Source: Octopus vulgaris (taxonomy: Eukaryota). Taken from it: a stretch of 64,000 bases of DNA. The stretch covers positions 143,034,001-143,098,000 of the forward strand of contig OX597818.1 in assembly GCA_951406725.2 (NCBI GenBank), written 5' to 3'. Below, piece by piece: positions 13,444-27,239 of the stretch (the first letter of the stretch is position 1; each line of letters starts with the position of its first letter). The notes beneath the pieces are model-generated. The model had not been told where the DNA came from and did not search any database. It saw only the letters and a program-made list of their open reading frames with translations. Both the position numbers and the translations under genes were made by a program.

Positions 13444-13536
13444 AAATACGCAGAAGCGGATAAAGAGGATAAAGCTGACTTAGAGATGGACGCCGCCATG
13501 GAGAATGATGTATCCGCAGCGACACCTCCCGCCTGA
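13444..13536 (+). CDS. SLC5 symporter probable terminal coding exon (KYAEADKEDKADLEMDAAMENDVSAATPPA*)
   Basis: ctcgttttcAG acceptor, phase 0, stop TGA; AATAAA candidates downstream near 13949 and 14337. Confidence 0.7.
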   Translation, partial: KYAEADKEDKADLEMDAAMENDVSAATPPA

Positions 13537-14829
13537 GAATGTGTGAAGACAAAGTCACGTGCGACATACTGTCTCGTCCAATATGTTGTTAACACTCAGC
13601 ATACAACTCCATCTCTCTCATATTAGCGCTAGCATACACCCACACTTGAAGTACACACGCACACTTTATACTCCAGACAGTCTCTTATCTGTACAGACAA
13701 ACATACATTCATACATTCAACAAAAACCCAGGCCAACACATAAACACAGCGCTTATATTTCTATTCTATATAAATCATTGTCTTTATCAAACACGGATTA
13801 TCACAATTCCCCCATCTCTTCTTACCTGAAATGTTATCGGGTTTCATACTTAGGTGAGAAACAGTAAATGTTATTGAATTTCAATAATGGCTGAATTTGT
13901 TCTTCACTTTCAGCTCGGATTTGGTAAAACATGCCAATGATAAGCTGGAATAAATGTGACTCGACTACACTTCGCTCCTTGAATTCAGCCATTATTATAA
14001 ATCTTGAAGGTGATGAATTAGCAGAATCCTTTGAGCGTCGAACAAAATGCCATACAGTATTTCTTTCGGCTCTTTACGTTCTGAGTTCAAATCTCAACGA
14101 GGCCAACTTTACCTTTCATCTCTCCGGGGTCGATAAAAGAAATCAGCAGTTACATACTGGGATCGTGATATTGACTTATCCTTCTCCTTGGAATTGCTGG
14201 CTTTGTGTCTAAATTAGAAACAATTATCATTCTCAGTTTCGTTTTCCAGACGGGAGTGGCTTCTTTTATTTTACTAACGCCCTTGATGGAAACGAACTTC
14301 ACAACACTCCGTTTTTCTCCATCGTTTTATACCTAAATAAATACATACCGAATATTTCCGGTTTAAGTTGATTTTGCTTCATTTTTGTTGCTAATGACTT
14401 TGAGAAAGATGTGATTATTGCCTATTTCTTATCTCCTAAAAGTTTTGAACAGTTATTGGTAGCTGGACACGTCATCTCCAACATGGAAAGCTTTCGGCCA
14501 CAGGATAAGTGAACTAGTTAAGCAGAAGTTGACATGAGCGTCAGCAATTGGTAGCAGGTCTGTATGAAGAGAGCCAGTAGAGGAGCATAGATATGGTACA
14601 ATAAATAATTAGCTGTATAATACAATAGATGAAAAGGATTACTAGTCAGAAGGTTGCAAAAGGGCATTGTAACCAAGTGCAAGCAGCGAAAATGTCAATC
14701 GACAATTTTTTCGATTCAAAACACGACAGTTGCGTTGAGTAAGTTAATGTACCTGATCGACAACTGTTCAAGTGACTCACAAAGTCGAGATATGGCATGG
14801 ATGCATAGTGACGATTAGGCTTTTAAGGG

Positions 14830-15640
14830 ATATCGATGAAAAAGCGCCTGCTGTCCGATTCTAGACACTTGTGGGCGAGTTTTCAGTAACACTGTCTAAA
14901 TACTTTGAAATAAGAGTGAAGACTGCGAACCTTAGTATCTACATTGACGACCTGCGGCGTGTCTCAGCAGATAACAGTAACTGAGATGAGGCTGGCGATA
15001 AGTGGCTGTGAAATGGGTAGATCGCCAGGCTTGGATGGTCTGTCCTATTAACTTTATAGATATCTTTCAGACTTGTCTGATGCTCTTATGGAAGACGTCT
15101 ATCACAACTGGCAGCAAGCAAACTGGGAACATTCGTACCTGGGCCAGATGTTACTGCACAAGTGTGTAAACAAGGGAATATCATCGATAGTTTCAGATCC
15201 GTAACTCTGATGAACGCAGAGTGTAAAATTTTAGCCAAGGTACTTGAAAAGTGGTTGGCGTTAGTCGTTGGTTTTATAGTCGGGAGCGTGCAAAAATGTA
15301 GGATTCCCTGCATAGCTATTTATAACAAACTCTATTTCACGCAGTATACTGAGAGAATGAGTTGTATAAACCTGAACGTTTGGTGGCGTTCCTATCCACT
15401 TGGATTGATCCATACTTTCGATAGAGACGACTATCAGTACTTCGTATCACTAAAGTTTTCGGTCTCGTTTTGAGAGGATATGGTGCTCCAATTCAAAGTG
15501 GCAAATACTCGATGGTCACACTAAATGATCAGTTACCAGAACTGTTTCGAGAGTTTTAATTGACATGCTCAGTCCATCAATGATATTTTCTCTCATCACT
15601 CTTGTAAGTTTTGCCTCTTGAGCCATTGGTGTTGAAAATT
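14830..15640 (+). pseudogene. Old degraded Tx1/L1-clade reverse transcriptase fragment
   Basis: SPGLDGL, FRSVTLMNAECKILAKVL and FDRDD remnants; collinear with the LINE at 29322-31854. Confidence 0.75.
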
Positions 15641-16229
15641 CAGATACTGATGAACATTCATTTTAACCGGGACGGAGGAAGACCGTATCAACTTAAAAGA
15701 TAATCTCACCGTGTTGGTGTTGAACGCCTTTGAAAAAGGAATGGTCGGCGCTACACTGAAAGAGCTCAAAAAGATGAGTTCCATTGATCAGAAGATCCGT
15801 CAGCTGCGAAAACTCTCAACACTGAAACAAAATTTGAGTTGAAATAATATGCACCATTAATTCACTTTAATCAACCTTTTCTTTGAGGTTATCTTGCAAG
15901 TTGTTTACAAAGCACATAAACTCCGCATATATTACACACACATTCAGCTTTTCCCGAATGACCTATACATATGATTTGTTTATAGTGATAAAATCTTCGT
16001 GCCGCACATTAGCTCATTCCTTCCGTCAAATCGACGTAACCTGAACAGATGAACTGTGTGCCAAGAACACAACTCACCACCTGGTCTACGAATTGAAACC
16101 ACGATTTCGCGATAGTGAATCTAACACCCTAGCCACTAGACCATGCGTTCTCACACACACTTACACACACATATATATGTATATATAATACATACAGCAT
16201 GCGTACATATATATGTATGTACACACACA

Positions 16230-16271
<42 letters not shown>

Positions 16272-17189
16272 TACACACACACACACATACATATATAGCG
16301 TACTATTTTATGATGATAAGATCAACGAAAAAAGTACTCCATCTAGTGAGAGGGAAATATTATTTAATAAACACAGAATATTTTTTTAGAAGCAACTAAT
16401 AGTTTCATGCAATGAAAACAACTGCTCTGTCCACATGGCATAACAAGCTATAACAGGAGAATGGAATAAGAGAAAATACGAGAAAAGGTGAGAAGAAAGT
16501 AGCTGTAAATAGAGGAAGGTTGAAAACACTGGAAAAAGAAAAGGAAAATAGAAATTAATATAGCCTGGGGTTTGTGGTACAATTGCTCAATCCGGAGAGG
16601 GTGGTACTTCCTAATTGGCAAACAGGAACTTATCTATATGTTTACATTCACTGAAAATTTCAGATCTGAACTTCAGCAGTGCAGTGGAGGTCTTAGATCT
16701 GAAAAGTATCTGTGTTCCTTCAGCTACGCATAGCCTACATTTTTTCTTATCCATTGACATATGGTGTAGACTTTTCAACTATTTTCCATTTGATTATATA
16801 TGGTGTGGTGCTAGACTTTAAACCCCATACATGCCTAGCCAACTAAGTAGCTTTACTTTTGGCCCTGTGCTGGAAGGAAAATATTTGGTTAGCATAGCGA
16901 TTTTTGAGGTCAACTTTACATAGCCCGATATAGCTCTTCATTTTGGTTTTTAACCATAAAAAGAAGCAAAACTTATTTATTGTCTTATACATACATACAT
17001 ACATACATACATACATACATACATACATACATACATACATACATACATACATACATACATACATGCATACATACATGCATACATACATACATACATACGT
17101 GTGTATGTGTGTGTGTGTTAAATAAAATGAGACAACAAAACCAAGGCTGTGTGGAATTTTAAGGACATTTATAAAGAGAAAGTTAATCA

Positions 17190-17229
17190 TACAGCTGTTT
17201 CTGGGATATTAGGCACATTCCTTCATCAG
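17190..17229 (-). ncRNA. Degenerate minimal hammerhead ribozyme (Penelope-type)
   Basis: minus strand CTGATGA-aggaatgtgcctaatatccca-GAAACAGCTGTA with palindromic stem III; stem I weak. Confidence 0.55.
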
Positions 17230-17517
17230 AGACGATGTGAGATAGTTAAATAGAGGAATACATTAGAGTTCAATATTTTGGAAAAGGAAACAAATAAGGA
17301 GTATGAAGGTAGAAATAAAAATAAAAATGTATAAAGATGTTATGGTCGCAGTTCCATTATCCAAGGAAAGTGGTGTGAAGAAGTGGTATAAATGCTTCCT
17401 GTCCGTGGTATGTAAATTCTAATAGGAATTCATAAATGCACCGTCCTCAAAACGTTACACAATTCTACAACCATATATATATAGGATCAACTATAAATTT
17501 TAAACGATACGCTGCAC

Positions 17518-17930
17518 TCTTTTAATCTTTTACTTGTTTCAGTCATTTTGACTGCGGCCATGCTGGAGCACCGCCTTTAGTCGAGCAAATCGACCCCAGA
17601 ACTTATTCTTTGTAAGCCCAGTACTTATTCTATCGGTCTCTTTTGCCGAACCGCTAAGTGACGGCGACGAAAACACACCAGCATCGGTTGTCAAGCAATG
17701 CTAGGGGGACAAACACAGACACATAAACATACACACGCACACACACATATATATATATATATGCATATATACGACGAACTTCTTTCAGTTTCCGTCTACC
17801 AAATCCACTCACAAGGCTTTGGTCAGCCCGAGGCTATAGTAGAAGACACTTGCCCAAGATGCCACGCAGTGGGACCGATCCCGGAACCATGTGGTTCGTA
17901 AGCAAGCTACTTACCACGCAGCCACTCCTG
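17518..17930 (-). mobile_element. tRNA-SINE family 2
   Basis: homologous to 7472-7961. Confidence 0.88.
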
Positions 17931-18319
17931 CACATCTCAATTCTTTTAGATACGAGAAACACAGTAAAGCCACAACACTCTCCAGTCACAGACATCATCT
18001 CAAAAATAGAAATATTCCTTACATCTTGTCATAGACCATAATAGATTCAGGGCTTCCATACCAAGGTCAACGCTCAGCCTGTAAGTTATGCCTAAAAGAG
18101 GCATTCCAGCACAACTTTTCAATACTACTAAATAAATATAACGAGGCCCTAGGTACGTACAACCACCGCTTTTTCCATACCTTCAAATTTTACCACAAAT
18201 CTAAATGCAACCTAAATAACCACACAGTACATATCCCGAACACCTTTTAGGTAATCCCCCAATAATCCTCTTTGACTTTCCATTAATTTTTTAACTCTCC
18301 AATTTTATTTTAATTGTTT

Positions 18320-18713
18320 GGATGGAATGGAAGCACTCCGTCGGTTACGACGACGAGGGTTCCAGTTTATCCGAATCAACGGAACAGCCTGCTCGTGAAA
18401 TTAACGTGTAAGTGGCTGAGCACTCCACAGACACGTGTACCCTTAACGTAGTTCTCGGGGATATTCAGCGTGACACAGAGAGTGACAAGGCCGGCCCTTT
18501 GAAATACAGGTACCACAGAGACAGGAAGTAAGAGTGAGAGAAAGTTGTGGTGAAAGAGTACAGCAGGGATCACCACCATCCCCTGCCGGAGCCTCGTGGA
18601 GCTTTTAGGTGTTTTCGCTCAATAAACACTCACAACGCCCGCTCTGGGAATCGAAACCGCGATCCTATGACCGCGAGTCCGCTGCCCTAACCACTGGGCC
18701 ATTGCGCCTCCAC
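18320..18713 (-). mobile_element. tRNA-SINE family 1 with 11-bp TSD
   Basis: TSD TTTAATTGTTT on both sides; near identical to 2983-3376. Confidence 0.92.
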
Positions 18714-18851
18714 TTTAATTGTTTAATACTATACATATGGGTATGCATATGCGTACGTATGCGGATGCATGTGCGTATTATTATGGCAACCGAATAATTG
18801 TCACATATTATATTACAGATACACACACACTCACACACACACACACACACT

Positions 18852-18882
<31 letters not shown>

Positions 18883-20069
18883 ACACACACACACACACAC
18901 ACACATGCGTGTAGATGGATGTTATGTGTACATATGATGTTATAGATTCAACATGAAGCTTTTATATTTTCACAAACCAAGTTACCATCGTTCACTTTCA
19001 GTTGCAATAACAGCAAATTCTGACACTTACATCACCAAAGGTGTGTAGTCAGAAAGCATCGTTGCAGTCTGACATAATAGGTTGCTGATCAACAAGAGAA
19101 AATCAGCGACTGGTATCTATTCTACTTCCACGTGTAAATGAAGAATTTGTCAGTTTTATATCAAGCCTGTATATTATCATTTTACTGTTAGGAAGAGAGT
19201 CAATGTTTGTTTATTAAGCAATTCTCCCGTTTACTGTTTCACTCTTCACAGCACGTTTACTCTTCACCGTTACTAGGATCATGTTGGTACATCAAAATAT
19301 TAACAAATTAATTCGGTCAGTAAGCTCGGTGCCCTCCAGTATAACCCTCGGTTGCTTAATTTCAAATGTTTGAGAATCTTAGACAGCAAGGTTTATTACT
19401 CTGCTGAGACATTGTTTTTTGAATATCCATGATGTGATGATATTTACCAGCAGAAATGTGTGAACAACCCCAAAAGATTCAGCCTACATTTCAATATGAC
19501 ACTCATGTAAAATTCACGTTAATGTTTTCATTATTATTTTGACTGCATCTGTTATAAATGACATGTGAAATCAATGTTGGTAAGGCATTTTGAAATATTA
19601 TATGTTGCGCAGCTTTTGTCAAACTTGAAGAGGTGGTTTGTTTACTCAACTTAATTGTAAATATATGAAATATAACATCTGCCTATGAACGGTGGTCTAT
19701 TTATGGATATGTGAAAATTTACCAGGAAATTGGAGTAGCTCAGAGGTTACCGTCATTGCTTCTTTTACTCCTACATGATATTTATAAATGAGAAAGAGAA
19801 GGTACTTAATTTTCTTATGGTGTCGACAGAGGTGGGAGAACTTTTAGACCGTTCGAAATGGATGGTGGGAGACTGGCAGAAACAGTTAATAGATTTTTAT
19901 CCATCAGTAATTTGATCGGATTTCATCAATCGGTTGATCGAATTTTGCGAATTTTCTGGATCAGTCAAGTTGATCGAATTTTTATCAATTGGACAGTTGA
20001 TCGAATTTCATCAATCTGTCTGTTCATCGAAATTTATCATCTGATTGTTTGGGAAAAAATTCGTTGAAC

Positions 20070-20285
20070 AGTGTCTGTGTTTGTCCCCCTAGCATTGCTT
20101 GACATACCGATGCTGGTGTGTTTATGTCCCCGTTACTTAGCGGTTCGGCAAAAGAGACCGATAGAATAAGTACTGGGCTTACAAAAGAATAAGTCCCGGG
20201 GTCGATTTGCTCGACTAAAGGCGGTGCTCCAGCATGACCACAGTGAAATGACTGAAACAAGTAAAAGAGAGTAACAAGAGAGTAA
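20070..20285 (+). mobile_element. 3' half of SINE family 2
   Basis: matches the post-microsatellite half of 10271-10757. Confidence 0.8.
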
Positions 20286-20750
20286 TTAAAGGCCATCAAT
20301 TGTCCACTAAATCAAATTCTTTCAACTCTTCATTTGATGGAATTCGATCAACTAACAGATTCATGGAATTCTATCTGTTGACCATTTGATAATATTCGAT
20401 CAACTGACAGTCTGTTGGGTGGTGTGGGGGGAACCGGCAGTGTTCTTGTTATTTATTTATTTTCTGGTCACACCTATTTAAGTCTGAGAGAAGGGTGGCC
20501 GCGGACATCCATGGTAGTCTTTTTGTACCCTGCTACAATGTGTGGCATGCGCAGTTGTTGATAATTGCATAACGAGAAAAGTGCATTTATTTGAAGCTTT
20601 AAGAGTTTCCATTTAAGTTTATTAGCGCCATGACACTTGCAGCTCGCATTAAAATTTTGCGTACGTATGTATGCATGTATGTATGTATGTATGTATGTAT
20701 GTATGTATGTATGTATGTGTGTGTGTGTGTGCGTGTATGTGTACGTATAG

Positions 20751-21770
20751 CTAGTTAGTTAGTTAGTTAGTTAATTTAGCTCAAAAGCAAATAGCAAGGC
20801 CATGTAGGGGGACATGGAGTTAAGTACAGGGTGGTGTTCATGTAAAGAGTTCAGGCCACTTGAACAAAGCGGTCGTCGGCATCTTCACCATCTCGTCTGG
20901 CAGCTTGTTCCACGGATCCGCAACCCGGACGGAGAAAGCTCCTCTCCTTCGATTGAGATGAAATCGTCGCAGGTAGAGCTTTTCGGAATGACCCCGCAGC
21001 CGACGCTCTGGAGCAGGAGTGAAGAACAGCTCTTTCAAGAGGTTACACTTTCCGCTTATGATGCTGTGGGCGAGAATGAGATCACCACGGCGGCGGCGTT
21101 TTTCTAGACAATAAAGGTCGAGCGTCCTCAGCCTTTCTTCATAGGACAAATTTTTGAGACCATGAACCATGCGGGTAGCCAGCTTCTGGACTCTTTCGAG
21201 ATGCTGTATGTCTTTGAGGAGATAAGGAGAAGAGGCTTGAATCCCGTATTCCAATATGGGTCTCACCAGCGTGACATAGAGTGGTAGGAATATCGCTGCT
21301 GTGAGCATTCCGAATGACCGTCGAATCAAGAACAGAATTCCGCGTGCTTTGTTGGCAGTATGGACGCACTGGGCCGAAGGCGAAAAGGAGGAATCCACCA
21401 AGATACCCAGGTCCTTTACCTGATCGGTCCTCTCCAGCAGCAGACGACCCGGCTCGAAATCAAGTTGAGTTGCAGGAGTAGAGCCGACAGGCAGATGACA
21501 GCATTTTGACACGTTCAGACACAGGTCCCAATCGTTAGACCACTTCCAAATTTGGTGGAGGCATCGACGAAGATCCTCTATATCACCGCGAGGAGCGACC
21601 AGTTTGACATCGTCGGCAAATAGAAGGGTATGTTGCGTGAGGTCGTCGGGCAAGTCATTTATGAAGACTAAGAACAATAAGGGCCCAAGCACTGAACCTT
21701 GAGGCACGCCACTGTTCGCACTGGAGACGTCGGACCGCGAACCATTAACTTGGACTTGGAAGGAGCGATC
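20751..21770 (-). mobile_element. 5'-truncated CR1/L2-group LINE, RT C-terminal half, (TAAC)n tail
   Basis: open ORF 21707-20838: PQGSVLGPLLF, LFADD, KDLG, LVRPILEY, LERVQK, RRRGDLI; short 3' UTR and tandem tail. Confidence 0.92.
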
Positions 21771-21836
21771 TATATATAGGTATATACATATGTGTGTATG
21801 AGTGTGTGTATGTGTGTGTGTGTGTGTGTGTGTATG

Positions 21837-21867
<31 letters not shown>

Positions 21868-22786
21868 ACTCGCGTGCATGTATGTATACAAGTACCACTG
21901 CTACAGCGGCCTCAGCTTTCCAGAGCTGACTGATCTCGAACCATCTCCATCCAGACTTGTCTCATCTCCTCTTATCACCCATATTGTGAACCCCCAATCA
22001 GAGGGCTCACGAACCGCATCCTCAGTCTGCAGACCTTCGGCTTTCTGGAATTTCCTGAGAACGCCTGTGATAGTCTAGGGCGCAGTCCCTTCCTCCATAC
22101 CAAACCTGAGAAAAAAACTACAGTAAACGATTGTACTTATTTACTGATCATATATCTAACAGAATCATGTTTTCACACAATGAAATATCGTTGTTGTTTA
22201 ACATATTGTTGTTGCTGTTGTTGTTTTCTAATACACAAGGAAATTGTTGTTGTTGTGCAATCACATTATTGTCGTTGATTAATATCTAATGAAGTTCTTG
22301 TTGCTATTGTTGACTTTAGTGCTTTATTCTCCTAAAACGTGTACCTGTAACAAACTGGGGTTGATTTAATTCATCGTTTCTTCTTTTTATTTTTATTCTT
22401 ATTTATTTATTATTATTATTTTTGTTCAGGCGGCAAGGACATCGTTAGCACATCGGACAAACTGCTTAGCAGCAATTCAGACTTTGTTTTCTGAGTTCAA
22501 ATTCCGACGAAACCGACTTTGCCTTTCACCCCTTTTTAGAATCGATAAAAAAAAAAAAGTACGAGTTGAGCACTGGGGGGATCAATGTGATCATCTAACC
22601 CTTTTCATTCAAATGTTGGGCCCATAGTAGAAAAAAGATTTAAGCGTTTTTTTCACTGAACACTTTGTCCCCCCCCCCCCCGCCGCCCTCGCATGCATTG
22701 AAAATTATGTCAAAAGAAAATATGAAACATGCAAATATTTGTTCGCAGAACAAACAGCAGTTTAGGAAAGAAAGAAAGAAAGAAAG

Positions 22787-22840
<54 letters not shown>

Positions 22841-23623
22841 AAGAAAGAAAGAAAGAGAGTCAAGTATAATGTTCTGTTAGTGCAGTATTTCCTTGTCGTA
22901 GATCTGGTGCCGACACGCGCTCAGCTTCAGTGATTCTAGTAAATTCACAGGGTCTCAAGTTGCGCACGATGACCCAAATATGGAAGAGTAGTGTTAAAAT
23001 ACAAGATACACTTTTCTTTCTTAAGCTGTGTGCGCGTGCGCACAAAACCTTTTCCCAAGCGACGCAGATAAATCTATGCACAAAAGATATTAACATTATA
23101 CACAAAAGGTTAGTTGCTTAAAATAATGCAATAATTGATAATTATAGTTTTTATCAGAACTAATGTCAGCACCTTCGGCTTTGCCCTACAATGTGCACAC
23201 CCACTTCTCCCAACCCTACATTACGCAACCCCTACACCGTACCTCTTTCTCCGGATCTGTTTTTCAACAATTTCAGCCTCTTTACACAAGCTGAAAAATG
23301 TTGTTGAAAAATTATAATTAATTCACGAAATCTGAACTGTTTCACGCCAAATCATATGACGGGTCATAACACTGTACGAAATTCTCGTCTCCTTCATTGC
23401 TGCTTTCCATCCTCCTCTTTCATGAATGACCTCACCTGCTCTCTTTATTACTAAGTTTTCATGTTCGTAGGTGGATTAAGAAATTTTGTGTGAATTGTTT
23501 TAGAATGTGTGTGACGTCCTTAGATTTCAGTGCCCCAGGCGATCACCGAGTAAACTGAGTGCATAGCCCTGCCGCCAGCCTTACTTAATATAAACATTGA
23601 GTGCACCCTTACTACTGTTGTAA

Positions 23624-24002
23624 GTGGAGGCGCAATGACCCAGTGGTTAGGGCAGCGGACTCGCGGTCGTAGGATCGCGGTTTCAATTCCCAGACCGGGC
23701 GTTGTGAGTGTTTATTGAGCGAAAACACCTAAAAAGCTCCACGAGGCTCCGGCAGGGGATGGTGGTGATCCCTGCTGTGCTCTTTCACCACAACTTTCTC
23801 TCACTCTTTCTTCCTGTTTCTGTTGTACCTGTATTTCAAAGGGCCGGCCTTATCACTCTCTGTGTCACGCTGAATATCCCCGAGAACTACGTTAAGGGTA
23901 CACGTGTCTGTGGAGTGCTCAGCCACTTACACGTTAATTTCACGAGCAGGCTGTTCCATTGATCGGATCAACCGGAACCCTCGTCGTCGTAACCGACGGA
24001 GT
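23624..24002 (+). mobile_element. tRNA-SINE family 1
   Basis: near identical to 2983-3376, tail missing. Confidence 0.9.
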
Positions 24003-24659
24003 CTAAAGAAGAACTATCTCCACACTATATGTTGAGGCGAATATAAAATTATATTATATGGATTCTCCTTTAGAGATTAAATACTGATGAAACATTAAAT
24101 TCATTAAAGGCGGCAAGCTGGTAGAATCGATAACACGCCGGACAAAATCCTTAGCGGCATTTATTTGGGCTTTGCGTTCTGAGCTCAAATTCCACCGAGG
24201 TCTTCATTGCCTTTCTTCCTTTCGGGGTCGATAAAATAAGTATCAGTTGAGCAATTTGGATCGATATAATCGACCAGTTCCCTCTGCACAAAATTTCGAG
24301 CCTTGTTGATCCCAAGCGCAAAAATCAATAGAAACATTATAAACTATATTGCATTGTAAACATTTCTAAGCACAAACAGCGAATATTTCAAAATATAGAC
24401 TGAACAGATGTAAAAATACATCTTGTTATTCTAATCATGAAGAGAAAATTAAGTAGATTGCCCTGACATACTTCGTTGTTGATTGGTCGGTCATTCATCA
24501 GTGGAGAAGCATTGGGCAGCTCTTTACTTACGAAAAGAACTATATTTTCATGTGTTTTTCAAATTGCTGTTGAGTGACATACGTATCACCGTTTTTTTTT
24601 TGGTGATAGAGCGAGATTAGAAACCGATGCATAGAGACAGAAGAAATACCACAAGCTAT

Positions 24660-24895
24660 ACCTATTTCTTTACTGTCCACAAGGGGCTACACACAGAGGG
24701 GACAACCAAGATCAGACAAACGGATTAAGTCGATTATATCGACCCCAGTGCGTAACTGGTACTTATTTAATTGACCCCGAAAGCATGAAAGGCAAAGTCG
24801 ACCTCGGCGGAATTTGAACTCAGAACGTAATGGCAGACGAAATACGGCTACGCATTTCGCCCGGCGTGCAAACGTTTCTACCAGCTCGCTGCCAC
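24660..24895 (-). mobile_element. SINE family 3 (GGCGAGCTGGCAGAAACG head, AATAAAGAAATA end)
   Basis: same family at 39040, 41941, 51285, 54160, 57672 and 62233; diverged relatives at 1300-1640, 14000-14220, 22430-22630 and 24108-24310. Confidence 0.85.
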
Positions 24896-25559
24896 AAGCT
24901 ATACCGTCCGACGTTCTAACAATTACACCAATCTACCTTTCAGGACAGGAACTTTTTTTATCGACCCCAGAAGGATGAAAGGAAAAGTTGACATCTGTGT
25001 GATTTGAACAGAAAATGCAGTATATCGAAGCAAATACTGCTAGACATTCTAGCCAATACTCTAACAGCTCTGCCAATTCGCCGCTCGATTAAATTAAGCT
25101 ATGTTGCTGACATTGCCTGTTTTTTTCTTCTTGGGTTAAATATCGAAATGACAAACCTATGACGAAGTCTGTTGCTGCTTAGTCCATTTATAAGCAATAA
25201 CAACCAGATCGACCTTATATCACAACTCAACCAACGAGGTAATCTCTATATAGGCGCTCAACCTACAGGAAATAGGAGCAAAGTCTTCCTTAAACCATTA
25301 CCTTATAAAAGAAAACATTGGATAATGCAATAATAATTTCAAATTTCGGTACAAGACCAGCAATTTTAAGAGACTGGCATACAATTGAGAACCTAAGCCC
25401 CTGGGGCCTCCGGGCATCTGGCCTGTGCACCCATGCGTTAACAAAGCTTTGCTCAGATCCATCATACTCAATAGACTAGCTTAGTGAAATCAGTGCACAT
25501 GGTTGATATCTGCTAAGCCGTTGGCGTGTTTAACATTACCTGCTCGGCGTATTTCTGAT

Positions 25560-26720
25560 CGCAACTGTCCAACCACATTTTTTTCATTTTCCTGGTAAAA
25601 ATCGTACTCATTATAAGTACAGTATATCGATTCAACCTTGTGGAAAAACATGAATGATTATTCCTTTTGGAGATTTTTCCTTTGGCAGAGTTTTTCTCTT
25701 AAAGACAGCTATGGGTTTTAATCTAGTACAATCATTCGTACATGAAATCACTGAAGCAATTCTACTTTCCTTGTGGCCAGTAGTTCTCATCAATACTGAT
25801 TTTTGTCTTTTCGGTTTAAGGTTCAGAGATCTCTGGTATGTCAAGAGTATTAGGCATTTCATCAATGTTCCTCACACATGCTAACTTGTAGCCTTCCTTC
25901 TATTGATTTCTGATTATAAACTGGTGAAATTGTTGTATTGAGGCGGCAAGCTGGTAGAATCGATAACACGCCGGACAAAATCCTTAGCGGCATTTATTTG
26001 GGCTTTGCGTTCTGAGCTCAAATTCCACCGAAGTCTTCATTGCCTTTCTTCTTTTCGGGATCGATAAAATAAATATCAGTTGAGCAATTTGGATCGATAT
26101 AATCGACCAGTTCCCTCTGCACAAAATTGTGTGCCTTGTTGATACTAAGCGCAAAAATCAATAGAAACATTATAAACTATATTGCATTGTAAACATTTCT
26201 CAGCACAAACAGCGTATATTTCAAAATATAGACTGAACAAATGTAAAAATGCATCGTGTATAATACAACATCTGTCAACATCTTGTGTGCAATTTTAGTT
26301 CTCCGCTGAAGAACCGAATCATATCGTCTCATGAAATTAATGCACAATCCAGCATTTACTTTAAAATCTAGAATTCCATCTTCCTTTGTTTCCTTTCGTT
26401 CATGGATTCGGATGGCTTCACGAGTAATGCAATCTCTATTTTGGCGATTTTCAAATGCCTATTCAGTAACTTTTTTCTTACAAATGTGGATACTTGCTTA
26501 TCTCATTCTGTTAATTCATTTTTTTTTTTGCTTTATCCAAAGTTTGATATGTTTGCAACACAGTTTATTTGTCTTCCCTGCAATTTCAATAAGTTTTAGT
26601 TTTAAAAACTGTTTTGTGTTTGATTTGCAGAAAATTACGGTGCAACTAGAAAACTTCAACCATAAGACTATACTTCATGAATGCTATAAAATCACCGAAA
26701 TCAGTAACGCTGTTAAAAGA
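25560..26720 (-). pseudogene. pogo/Tigger-type transposase remnant (CENP-B HTH plus DDE_1)
   Basis: KSVLMRTTGH...LKPIAVFKRKTLPKEK-PKG...GW and, upstream, FMRRY-SV-QRRTKIAHK; interrupted by 25940-26255. Confidence 0.8.
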
Positions 26721-27239
26721 ACGCCATGACCCGACTTTGTTCGTTCGGTAATGAGCATAAAGTAATCTGTAACCCAAGATTAGAGTGGATTATACATCAA
26801 AGCACGTTCTGATAACAGGCTAACGTAGAAACAACATTTCTACAACGTAAAATTCATATTTGGAATAATCCCTTGACTCACAAATGTTGATCTGCTATCT
26901 TTGAAGAACTAGAGTTGATTTCTGCACGACATATACGGAATATATGCTTCAGTTGTCAAAGAAAAGAATAAATATACCTAAATGATTTTGTATAAGACAA
27001 TGGCTACAAGTATATAAAAAAAGCAAATGGTTGGTTTTTGGATAGTCTGTGTGTGTGTGGATGGTGGGTGATCTGAAACACATAGAATCATGTTAATGTT
27101 CAAATAATGCGTTCAAATTTTACAGAATAGACATGGAGAGGATTGAACCCGTTAAGCTATATTGTCCATGAACATTATTTACATTATTTACATTCGATGG
27201 ATATTTGTCCTCATCTTGTTTGTTGTTAACACATATGCC

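Noticed and set aside
23624-23700. tRNA gene candidates here and at 3300-3376 and 27244-27315
   Set aside because: Heads of repeated elements, without a paired acceptor stem or an oligo-T terminator
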